Assembly: GCA_965372715.1 (NCBI GenBank)
Contig: CBDVDH010000003.1
Location: 34,495 to 98,494, forward strand
Origin: an uncultured bacterium
Lineage (GTDB): Bacteria; B130-G9
Length of the DNA: 64,000 bases
Reading direction: 5' to 3'
Part shown: positions 56,522 through 64,000 of the stretch, piece after piece
Layout of the letters: each line of letters begins with the position of its first letter
Numbering within the stretch: the first letter of the stretch is position 1
Notes under the pieces: generated by a model
Databases searched by the model: none
Seen by the model: the letters and a program-made list of their open reading frames with translations, nothing else
What the model was told of the DNA's origin: nothing
Translations under genes and position numbers: made by a program

Positions 56522-57937
56522 CTATTCGGTGAACTCCCACTCACACGAGGCGATGTTGCTGGCGAAGTCCATGCTACCCGCGTGGGTCAACGCCGCATGC
56601 CAGCGATATGTGCCAGCCGGTAAGTCTGGCAGCGTCAAGCTGAACGGCTCGTAGTGCAGGTATGTGTCCGCCGGTATGTCAACGTTGGACACGAACGGCG
56701 TCATCGACGTCCCAAACGACGGGTAGAAGAGCAGACTGCCCGATGGGGTCTCAAGAGCGAGGTACAAGTCGATAGCCTGACCGTGGCCCGTCGACCCCAG
56801 GTCGATCAACGCTGCGATCGAATCCCCAGCCGAATAGCGCTGCTCTTTCACCGCGACGGACAGCCAAATATCAGGTGCGCCGTCCCTATGGAGCACGTAG
56901 AAGCCTTCTATAGGTGACAAGGGGCCTGTTGGCCGGGTGGCGACCCAAATGTCGTCGCGCGAATCAATCAGCAGGTCTGCGATCCAGATGAGCGCGGCAT
57001 CGAATGGAAATTTGTAGTATGACCAGTTCTGTCCGTCAAACGTAACGATCGCTCGGAACGGTTTCAAATCTCCAGCGCACACAAGCTCGCCGCTGCTTGA
57101 TATGGAAATAGGTCCATGTGCCAGAACGGGGTATCCCTCAGGTGGCCCGGCGTAAACGAACTCATCGCCCTCTAACCTCTCCACACTATGAATAGGAAGT
57201 GATGGGTAGCCAAACTCCTCGTATTCTCCCATCCATCTAGCTTGCCCGAACCAAATAGTCCCATCAGGGCCTTCGGCGAGAGTTCCCCTTCGCCCCGGAA
57301 ACGTTCTGAGGACTTCTCCCGTATCGTTGATTTCGTAGAGGCAACGGTCGGGCAGGCCCAAACTGAACCAGATATGGCCATCGCTAGAGACGAAGAGATG
57401 CCGAGGGGTCTGCCACATCCAAGGGTCATCTATCCACGGCGGAGCTAAGACTTGCTCCTTTTCTCCTGTTAGAGGATCATACGAGACAATCCCCTCAAAA
57501 ACCGAGCCCACCCAGAGGCGGCCGTCGGGACCACAATCAATGCCGCTCACCGTGTACGCGACTTCGAATCCTTTCTGCCATAGTCCGTCTTGCAGAAAAC
57601 CACAACCCTGGACGTTACAAGAGGACCAAATGGTCCCCCGAGCATCCTCACAGATACCGTATACCCCATATGGGCAGAAACGGACCCCCTCATCCCATGT
57701 AAGCAGCTCGCCGTCTATGTACTGGTTCAGCCCACAGCACGAGTGAGCGCTACAGTCCATCCCCATCCAGATCGACCCGTCTGCACTCTCATACAGACTG
57801 TGCGCGCGAAAGTGAATCAAGCCATCTTCTTCCGTGAAATTCTCCCACTCAAACCCGGCAGACGGATGGCTCAGCAGAAGCAGAGCCATCACGTTGATGA
57901 CCAAAACCAAAACAACAGCATTCCTTACTCTCATCAA
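56522..57937 (-). CDS. Secreted beta-propeller repeat protein (two-component-regulator-propeller-like / Cys-rich)
   Basis: Signal peptide. Recurrent DG.IW(F/M/V)G blades (DGSIWMG, RGTIWSS, DGRLWVGS, DGHIWFS, DGTIWFG). Many Cys residues in the N-terminal half. Confidence 0.55.
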   Translation of the reverse strand: MMRVRNAVVLVLVINVMALLLLSHPSAGFEWENFTEEDGLIHFRAHSLYESADGSIWMGMDCSAHSCCGLNQYIDGELLTWDEGVRFCPYGVYGICEDARGTIWSSCNVQGCGFLQDGLWQKGFEVAYTVSGIDCGPDGRLWVGSVFEGIVSYDPLTGEKEQVLAPPWIDDPWMWQTPRHLFVSSDGHIWFSLGLPDRCLYEINDTGEVLRTFPGRRGTLAEGPDGTIWFGQARWMGEYEEFGYPSLPIHSVERLEGDEFVYAGPPEGYPVLAHGPISISSSGELVCAGDLKPFRAIVTFDGQNWSYYKFPFDAALIWIADLLIDSRDDIWVATRPTGPLSPIEGFYVLHRDGAPDIWLSVAVKEQRYSAGDSIAALIDLGSTGHGQAIDLYLALETPSGSLLFYPSFGTSMTPFVSNVDIPADTYLHYEPFSLTLPDLPAGTYRWHAALTHAGSMDFASNIASCEWEFTE

Positions 57938-58400
57938 AACAACCTCCTTCTATTAATCATAGTTACTCCCTTTCTACTTTCGTAGGTTGTGGCCAAAACT
58001 CAAACATCATACACCGTTTGAAGTGTTTAGGAATAAGAGAAATGGCCTGCCTCTGTGACAACTACGGGTGTTCTGCCGTCTCTTCAGTGCGTGCGCCGAA
58101 CGAATACAGTGCGAGCGCGGGAATTAGGGCCTGCGAGGTCGGACGGTGAGGCGCCTCGCAAACCCGACTCAAATCGTTTTATCGAACGAGCCTATCATGA
58201 GCGCCTCCAAGAGAGTTTCCATCGGCCGGACGGACACTCCAAACGCAATCTGCGCAAAAACTAGGCATTGATAGTACCGGTGTTTTCGGGATTGTCAAGC
58301 TTTTTTTCAGTTGGAAGCCGAAGGTCAACATAGGAGGGTTGATCTTGCATTCCGCGTGGCCTCTTCGTGGTTCTTCGCGTCCTTCGTGGACCGATTCATC

Positions 58401-58439
58401 TGCGGGCGGGCCTGAGACCGCGCCCCTACATGAATTCCC
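58401..58439. repeat. Family A repeat unit TGCGGGCGGGCCTGAGACCGCGCCCCTACATGAATTCCC
   Basis: See the 56473-56510 copy. It lies upstream of the Ser/Thr kinase gene. Confidence 0.65.
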
Positions 58440-58579
58440 TTTTTCCTTTTCTCCCATTGTCCTTTTGTCCCGTTTCCCCAATGGGGGAACTCCTATCCAC
58501 CTACAGCTTGCGAGCACAGAGCAGATACACTATCTTGATATGAGGTCAATTAACAGACGGTAAGGAGTGAGGAACGCCT

Positions 58580-59974
58580 GTGACGATTCAGTGTCCCGAA
58601 TGCGGCTGCGCCAACACGGATGAGGCGACGAATTGCACCGATTGCGGCTGCCTGCTTATAACGGACGATGACGAGGACACAAAGACCGACATTGCGCTGC
58701 CGTCCTTTAAGAAGGGCGTGAAGGTTGGCGGTCGGTATGAGATAGTCTCTGAAGTTGGCAAAGGCGGCTTTGGTCGGGTCTTCCGCGCCGTTGACTTAGA
58801 GACTGAGGAGCTCGTTGCCCTGAAAGTCCTCAAACCCTCTCTCACGAGCGACGAACAAGTTCGTGCGCGGTTTTTGGGCGAGCTCAAGATGTCGAGGCGC
58901 GTGGTGCATCCAAACATAATCCGCCTCACCGACATTCTGGAGGTTTCCGGACTACTTGTCTTGGTGATGGAGTTCGTCGAGGGGATGAGCCTGAAGCAGA
59001 TGGTCCGGCGCGAGGGACCTTTCGACGTTGAGTTGGCCTACACGATAATCTCTCAGGTCTGCCTGGGGCTTGACGCGGCGCATCGCGTCGGGGTCGTTCA
59101 CCGGGACGTAAAGCCGCAGAACATCCTGATCACCAAGAATCTTGGGGTCAAGATAGTTGACCTGGGGCTTGCGCGCCACCTGGGCGGCACGTCCGTCTCA
59201 CAGACCGGGGTGATAATGGGGACGCCCGACTACATGTCTCCGGAGCAGGTTCGCGGCAAAAGCGTCGAGGCCAGATCGGACATCTACTCGCTTGGCGTGG
59301 TGATGTATGAGATGTTCACCGGCAAAGTACCGTTTTCAGGGGATTCATCGGTGGCAGTACTCCTCGCTCATTTGAGGCAGGCTCCAGAATCACCGATGAG
59401 GGTGCGACCGGATCTGCCTCCCTGGGTCAACTACATGATACTCAAAGCGATGGCGAAGAAGCCAATCCAGCGATTTAACAAGGCCACGGAGCTTCTCAAG
59501 TATTTCGAGAAGAGTATGGCTGAGGCCAAGCTGGAGGAGAAAGTCGAGAGGCGGGATGTGAAGCACATAAGGGAGAAGGCGCCTCCAGAAGTCAAGCTTC
59601 CGTTCCCGGCCCGGGGAGACTCAAAGAAGAAGCTGCGTGTCGTTTCCACCGTGTTAATAGCCTCCATCGCAGTTCTGACGATCGTCGCGGTCGTGGCGCT
59701 TCGGACGCATTTGGAGAGCTCAGAAAGGGTGCAAGCCATCATCAGCTCCGCAAAAGAGCACGAGAGGCGGCTGGATTACTACGGCGCGTGCGAGGTTTAC
59801 ATTGAGGGGACGCGGGAGATTCCGGGCTCAATTCCGCTCTATCTGCGAGCGGCGATGGCTTATGTACAATACATCTCACAGGAGCATCCTTTGCCGCTTG
59901 TGTTGTCGCTTCTGGTGGTTCTTGGCCTGCTTCTTGCCCCTCTTTTCTTGATACAGCGGAAACTCAGGCGTTGA
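58580..59974 (+). CDS. Ser/Thr protein kinase (Hanks-type) with N-terminal double zinc ribbon and C-terminal TM anchor
   Basis: GTG start. Zn ribbon CPECGCANTDEATNCTDCGC. Kinase motifs GKGGFGRVF, VALK, HRDVKPQNIL, DLGLA, TPDYMSPE. Hydrophobic helix near the C-terminus. Confidence 0.85.
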   Translation: MTIQCPECGCANTDEATNCTDCGCLLITDDDEDTKTDIALPSFKKGVKVGGRYEIVSEVGKGGFGRVFRAVDLETEELVALKVLKPSLTSDEQVRARFLGELKMSRRVVHPNIIRLTDILEVSGLLVLVMEFVEGMSLKQMVRREGPFDVELAYTIISQVCLGLDAAHRVGVVHRDVKPQNILITKNLGVKIVDLGLARHLGGTSVSQTGVIMGTPDYMSPEQVRGKSVEARSDIYSLGVVMYEMFTGKVPFSGDSSVAVLLAHLRQAPESPMRVRPDLPPWVNYMILKAMAKKPIQRFNKATELLKYFEKSMAEAKLEEKVERRDVKHIREKAPPEVKLPFPARGDSKKKLRVVSTVLIASIAVLTIVAVVALRTHLESSERVQAIISSAKEHERRLDYYGACEVYIEGTREIPGSIPLYLRAAMAYVQYISQEHPLPLVLSLLVVLGLLLAPLFLIQRKLRR

Positions 59975-59981
59975 GGCGTAA

Positions 59982-61139
59982 ATGACGCCAAGAGCCCCGG
60001 TCGCAATTGTCCGCTGTGAATCGTATGAGGCCCAGTCGCTAGGTTCTGCGATTGCCAAAGCCTGTGAACTCATCGGGTTTGAGAAGCTGGACGCCTACGT
60101 CGGCAGGAATGTGTTGGTTAAGATTAACCTTCTAAACGGGGCCAGTCCGGATGCCGCCGCCAACACGCACGTTCAGTTCACACGCAGCGTCATCAGGTAT
60201 TTGAAATCGCATGGCCTCAATCCTGTGGTCTCCGATTCTTCCGGCACGTTTGAGGATACTAAGGGCTGTTTCGAGCGATCGGGCTATGCCGCGATGTGCA
60301 GGCAAGAAGGAACATCGATACTCCCGCTTTCCCAGGACGGCTATAAGGAGATTGAGATTCTGGGCGGCAAGCAAGTCAAATCGGCCCTCGTCTCCCGGCT
60401 CTTCCTCGAAGCCGACCTTGTCATCTCGCTGCCCAAGGTCAAAACCCACGTCCAGACCGTGTTCACCGGGGCAGTCAAGAACTTCTTTGCGGTTCTACCC
60501 CCTTCGGAGCGGCGCCGGTTTCATCGGCTCAGTAGATACGAGGCCTTTAGTGAGTCGATTGTTGACCTATATTCGTCAGTCGGCAAGGGGATAGCATTGA
60601 TGGATGGGGTTGTCGGGATGCAGGGCTACGGCCCCTCGTCGGGAAGCGCTCGAAAACTCGGCCTTGTGCTTGCATCCAAAAACGCCGCCAACCTAGACGT
60701 CGTCGCCTGCGAGGCGATCGGCCTTTCGTCCGACAGAGTCCACACTGTAAAGGACACGATAGCACGCGGCATAGCCGCCCAGCTCGATCAGCTAGAAGTC
60801 TTGGGCGAGAAGCTCTCAGAGGTTGAGCGGGGATTCGATATTCCAACTCGGCTTCTGTTAAGGGCGAACCCCATAATAGAGAGGCTAACAGATATTGCCC
60901 TGGGCCTCCATAGAAGCGTGCTTGAGGTGCAGCCCGCCAAATGCACAGCCTGTGGGCACTGCCGTAACATCTGCCCCGTGGGCGCCATAACGATTGACAA
61001 ACATTGCCGAATAAACTATTCAGACTGTATAAAGTGTTATTGCTGTTTCGAGGTGTGCCCGTGCGGTGCGATCATGCGTAAACAGTCATTTGGGGGTCGT
61101 GTTCTGCGAAGGCTTAGAGGGAGAAGGCAAAAGGGCTAG
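59982..61139 (+). CDS. DUF362-family protein fused to a 2x[4Fe-4S] ferredoxin domain
   Basis: The DUF362 core is the first ~300 aa. The C-terminal end has CTACGHCRNICP and CIKCYCCFEVCP (two CxxCxxCxxxCP motifs). It starts 8 nt after the kinase stop. Confidence 0.6.
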   Translation: MTPRAPVAIVRCESYEAQSLGSAIAKACELIGFEKLDAYVGRNVLVKINLLNGASPDAAANTHVQFTRSVIRYLKSHGLNPVVSDSSGTFEDTKGCFERSGYAAMCRQEGTSILPLSQDGYKEIEILGGKQVKSALVSRLFLEADLVISLPKVKTHVQTVFTGAVKNFFAVLPPSERRRFHRLSRYEAFSESIVDLYSSVGKGIALMDGVVGMQGYGPSSGSARKLGLVLASKNAANLDVVACEAIGLSSDRVHTVKDTIARGIAAQLDQLEVLGEKLSEVERGFDIPTRLLLRANPIIERLTDIALGLHRSVLEVQPAKCTACGHCRNICPVGAITIDKHCRINYSDCIKCYCCFEVCPCGAIMRKQSFGGRVLRRLRGRRQKG

Positions 61140-61145
61140 GCGCAA

Positions 61146-61466
61146 TTGAAAGGGTCCGACCTTGTCCAGGAGATTTCGCAGCGAACGTTGCTGCCAGTTG
61201 ATCAGGCCAAGCCGATGGTCGAGGTCTTCTTGACGGCCGTCAAAGAGGCTCTTCAGAACGGGCGCAGGGTCGAGTTCAGAGGATTTGGCTCTTTCGTTGT
61301 CAGGGATTACAAGCCTTGTTCGAGAAGAGACCCTGGAACGGGTGAGACGGTTCTGGTTGGGCCGAGGCAGAAGGCGATTTTCAAGCCGAGCCGGCTCTTG
61401 ATCAATCGCCTCAACAGCGGGAGTTCTTTAAGCGGGGATGACGACAGCAATTCAGAGTCAAGATAG
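61146..61466 (+). CDS. HU/IHF-family nucleoid-associated DNA-binding protein with acidic/Ser-rich C-terminal tail
   Basis: TTG start. The core VEFRGFGSFVVRDYKPCSRRDPGTGETVLVGPRQKAIFKPSRLL matches the HU arm (G.G.F......R.GRNP.TG..I.I.A......FK.G..L). Confidence 0.75.
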   Translation: MKGSDLVQEISQRTLLPVDQAKPMVEVFLTAVKEALQNGRRVEFRGFGSFVVRDYKPCSRRDPGTGETVLVGPRQKAIFKPSRLLINRLNSGSSLSGDDDSNSESR

Positions 61467-61571
61467 TCTAGTAGTTCTACGTAGAGATTTGAGATACTAT
61501 TTGCGTCAGGCCATGAATGTTGGTGTTTGTTTCAGCACAATCCGATTGGTCTGGCTTCTTAGGAGGGTGAT

Positions 61572-62774
61572 ATGAGATTTGTAGCCGCAGCCACGGACTT
61601 TTTGAGGGGGTTGCAGGATATTCAGGGGATTGCAGGCCAGCGGAGTATCAACCCGATGCTTTCCGAGACGCTTCTTGAGACGACAGACAACGGGATTACT
61701 ATTTACGCCACGGACCTGACGGTTTCGGTTCAGGAAGCGGTAAAGGCTGACGTCGCAAGAGGTGGTTCAATCGTCGTGCAGGCCAAAAAGATCTTTGAGA
61801 TAGCAAGACAGCTTCCGGAGGAAAAGGTTACGGTCGAGACGCTCGACGGCAACTGGCTCAAGCTGTCGTCGGGCCACGCCACGTTCAAGATCGTGGGACT
61901 TCCGGCCGAGGAGTTCCCGCCGATGCCGGAGTATGACCCGTCGTGTCTATCTGAGATCAACTTCGCTGCGCTGAAGTCGGCGTTTGCAAAGATCATCTCG
62001 TCGATGTGCGAGAACGACGCCCGAAGGTACCTCAACGGTGGCCTGATGGAGCTTGGCGCGGAGGAAGGCTCAATCTTTGTCTCGACCGATAGCCATCGGC
62101 TGTCGTATAAGGTCTCAGACATAGGTTACAAGCACGAGGGTGAGAAACCCGTCCAGCTGATTATCCCGAGGAAAAGCATTGAAGAGATAATGCGGTTGTT
62201 TTCTGACGATGACGCCGTTCAGATGGGCCTCGACAGGCGCCGGCTCCTGTTCAAGAGCGATAGGCTCACGTTCCTGTCCACACTGATAGACACTGACTAT
62301 CCGGACTACCGCGCGGTGATCCCTAAGTCCTGGAACGTCAAAGCAAAAGTGTCCCGCGAAGGCCTCGACACTGTATTGAAGCGCGTCTCGGTCTGCTCAG
62401 ACCCCAGGACTCATCGGGTCCGCTTCTTCTTCAAAGAAGGGGCCATAACACTCGTCGGCGAGGACGCCGAAATCGGCGAGGCGATTGACGAGATTGAAGC
62501 GGAATATGAGGGCGAGGGCTTGGCCGAGCTCATCCAGAAGCAGAAGCAAGAGCGAGAGGCAAGCCGCGTCCCGGGCGAAGAAGCAGTGATTGAACCAGAA
62601 TACGAGGACCGTCTGGAGGTTGACTACAACGCCATGTTCTTCGAGGAAGCGCTCAAGATCATCGAGACGGACAAGGTTGTCTTTGAGCTCACGGAGCCGA
62701 CATCTGGTTGCGTTTTGAAGCCCGACGAGGATGAGCCGACCCAGCTCTGCATCGTAATGCCAATGGGCCGGTAG
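61572..62774 (+). CDS. dnaN: DNA polymerase III beta sliding clamp DnaN (with ~30-aa acidic insertion in domain III)
   Basis: AGGAGGG SD before ATG. Three-domain clamp pattern. The C-terminal ...LCIVMPMGR matches the canonical ...VVMPMRL ending. The insertion is GLAELIQKQKQEREASRVPGEEAVIEPEYEDR. Confidence 0.85.
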   Translation: MRFVAAATDFLRGLQDIQGIAGQRSINPMLSETLLETTDNGITIYATDLTVSVQEAVKADVARGGSIVVQAKKIFEIARQLPEEKVTVETLDGNWLKLSSGHATFKIVGLPAEEFPPMPEYDPSCLSEINFAALKSAFAKIISSMCENDARRYLNGGLMELGAEEGSIFVSTDSHRLSYKVSDIGYKHEGEKPVQLIIPRKSIEEIMRLFSDDDAVQMGLDRRRLLFKSDRLTFLSTLIDTDYPDYRAVIPKSWNVKAKVSREGLDTVLKRVSVCSDPRTHRVRFFFKEGAITLVGEDAEIGEAIDEIEAEYEGEGLAELIQKQKQEREASRVPGEEAVIEPEYEDRLEVDYNAMFFEEALKIIETDKVVFELTEPTSGCVLKPDEDEPTQLCIVMPMGR

Positions 62775-62828
62775 CCCAGGACAAGAGAATGCGCCTCCTT
62801 TTCAGGCGTATTGTGAAGCGTGGGGCCA

Positions 62829-64000
62829 ATGAGCACCTCTGACCAGAAAGCGCAGCACATCGCCGGCCAGCGGGTAGTAGTGCTCGATTTCGGCTCGCAA
62901 TATACTCAGCTGATAGCAAGGAGAGTTCGGGAGAGCCGCGTTTTTTCCGAAATACTCCCCTACAACGCGGACGCATCGACGGTTCTTTCAGACGGCGTCA
63001 AGGGCATAATCCTCTCCGGCGGCCCGGGGAATATCTCCTCTGACGAGGCGCTGCTCCCGGACAAGCGAGTTCTCGGTGCGCCGGTGCCGATACTCGGTAT
63101 CTGCTACGGGATGCAGCTTCTGTGTTCGCATTTCGGCGGCGAGGTCAGCCGGGCATTGCGTCGGGAATACGGCGGCGCTCAGCTGTCGATACTGCATAAG
63201 GACGATCTTTTCAAGGGGATTCCCGGGGGCGGCGGGGTTGAGACGAAGGTCTGGATGAGCCACGGCGACCGTGTTGAATCTCTCGGACCTAACCTGAAGG
63301 CAATCGCAAAGACCGCAAACTCACCCAACGCCGCTATCCGGCACACCCGAAAGCCGATATTCGGTGTTCAGTTCCATCCCGAGGTTGCCCACACGCCTGA
63401 TGGGCAGAAGATACTGCGCAATTTCTTATTCGAGATATGCAAGTGCGAACCGACCTGGACCCCAGAATCGTTCATCGAACAGGAGATCAGAAAATGCAAG
63501 GAGCTCGTCGGTGACGGAAAGGTCGTGTGCGCCACTAGCGGGGGCGTGGACTCCACCGTTGTGGCGGTGCTTCTCGCTAGGGCCATCGGCGCCAATCTCA
63601 TCGCGATATTCGTCGATAATGGTCTCTTGCGCAAAAGCGAGGCGAAGGAGGTCGCAAGGATTCTCAGAGCTGACCTCGGAATCAACCTGACAGTCGTGAG
63701 CGCACGAGAGCGTTTTCTCTCCTCGCTGCGCGGCGTTTCGGACCCACAGGAGAAGCGCAAAATAATCGGCAACCTCTTCATCGAGGTCTTTGAGGAGTCG
63801 GCCAGTCCGCTTAAGGACTGCGAGTATCTTGCTCAGGGCACGCTCTATCCCGACGTGATCGAGAGCGTCTCAGTAAGAGGCCCTTCTGCACTCATTAAAG
63901 GCCATCATAACGTGTGGGGCCTGCCCGAACGGATGAGGCTCAAGCTCATTGAGCCGCTGCGGGAGCTCTTTAAGGACGAAGTCAGGCTCATCGGCAAGGA
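62829..64000 (+). CDS. guaA: GMP synthase (glutamine-hydrolysing) GuaA, 3'-truncated by the window edge
   Basis: GATase1 domain (LDFGSQYTQLIARRVRE..V.SEILPY ; catalytic GICYGMQLL ; HPEV). PP-loop ATP-PPase domain SGGVDSTV. The frame continues to the window end. Confidence 0.9.
   Translation, partial: MSTSDQKAQHIAGQRVVVLDFGSQYTQLIARRVRESRVFSEILPYNADASTVLSDGVKGIILSGGPGNISSDEALLPDKRVLGAPVPILGICYGMQLLCSHFGGEVSRALRREYGGAQLSILHKDDLFKGIPGGGGVETKVWMSHGDRVESLGPNLKAIAKTANSPNAAIRHTRKPIFGVQFHPEVAHTPDGQKILRNFLFEICKCEPTWTPESFIEQEIRKCKELVGDGKVVCATSGGVDSTVVAVLLARAIGANLIAIFVDNGLLRKSEAKEVARILRADLGINLTVVSARERFLSSLRGVSDPQEKRKIIGNLFIEVFEESASPLKDCEYLAQGTLYPDVIESVSVRGPSALIKGHHNVWGLPERMRLKLIEPLRELFKDEVRLIGK

Noticed and set aside
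61467-61571. oriC / DnaA-box cluster upstream of dnaN.
   Set aside because: No TTATCCACA-like 9-mers in the gap. The only near matches (4090, 48958) are isolated. No AT-rich DUE is present.

Overview
High-GC (roughly 57-60%) bacterial chromosomal window, densely coded on both strands. It is probably from an uncultivated lineage, because several proteins match families only loosely. Recognisable content runs, in order, as follows. (1) Molybdenum-cofactor genes (moaA 3' part, moaC, and a MOSC-MoaB/MogA fusion). (2) An envelope-glycan block: GT-C-like membrane protein, WecA/MraY-family transferase, Glf-like flavoenzyme, GT1, NTP-transferase/LbH, glmS and an NAD-epimerase. (3) A ClpC-like AAA+ chaperone. 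(4) A complete Pho regulon on the minus strand (porin, phoB, phoR, pstSCAB, phoU). (5) ksgA, a CaCA antiporter, nnr, rex, a Wzy_C-TPR membrane protein and ppx/gppA. (6) Two fused ABC exporters, an S8 protease with tandem PKD-like domains, and a secreted beta-propeller protein. (7) A Ser/Thr kinase, a DUF362-ferredoxin protein, HU, dnaN and the start of guaA. The most interesting signals are as follows. (a) An Rrf2(IscR-like) / PP-loop ATPase / small membrane protein / SufS-like cysteine desulfurase / PP-loop ATPase operon, with a third PP-loop paralog elsewhere wedged between ksgA and a Zn-ribbon-HDOD protein. All three paralogs carry SGGLDS plus conserved CxxC...C, which suggests an uncharacterised Fe-S-dependent sulfur-transfer system. 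(b) A TIR-NB-ARC-TPR STAND NTPase split by a single in-frame TAG. (c) An orphan class-III nucleotidyl-cyclase-like protein beside a hicAB pair. (d) A small protein paired with a retropepsin-like aspartyl protease. (e) Several families of dispersed GC-rich hairpin repeats, and recurrent triple-tandem short motifs in intergenic regions. Many long antisense ORFs in the ORF track are rejected as GC-driven shadow ORFs.
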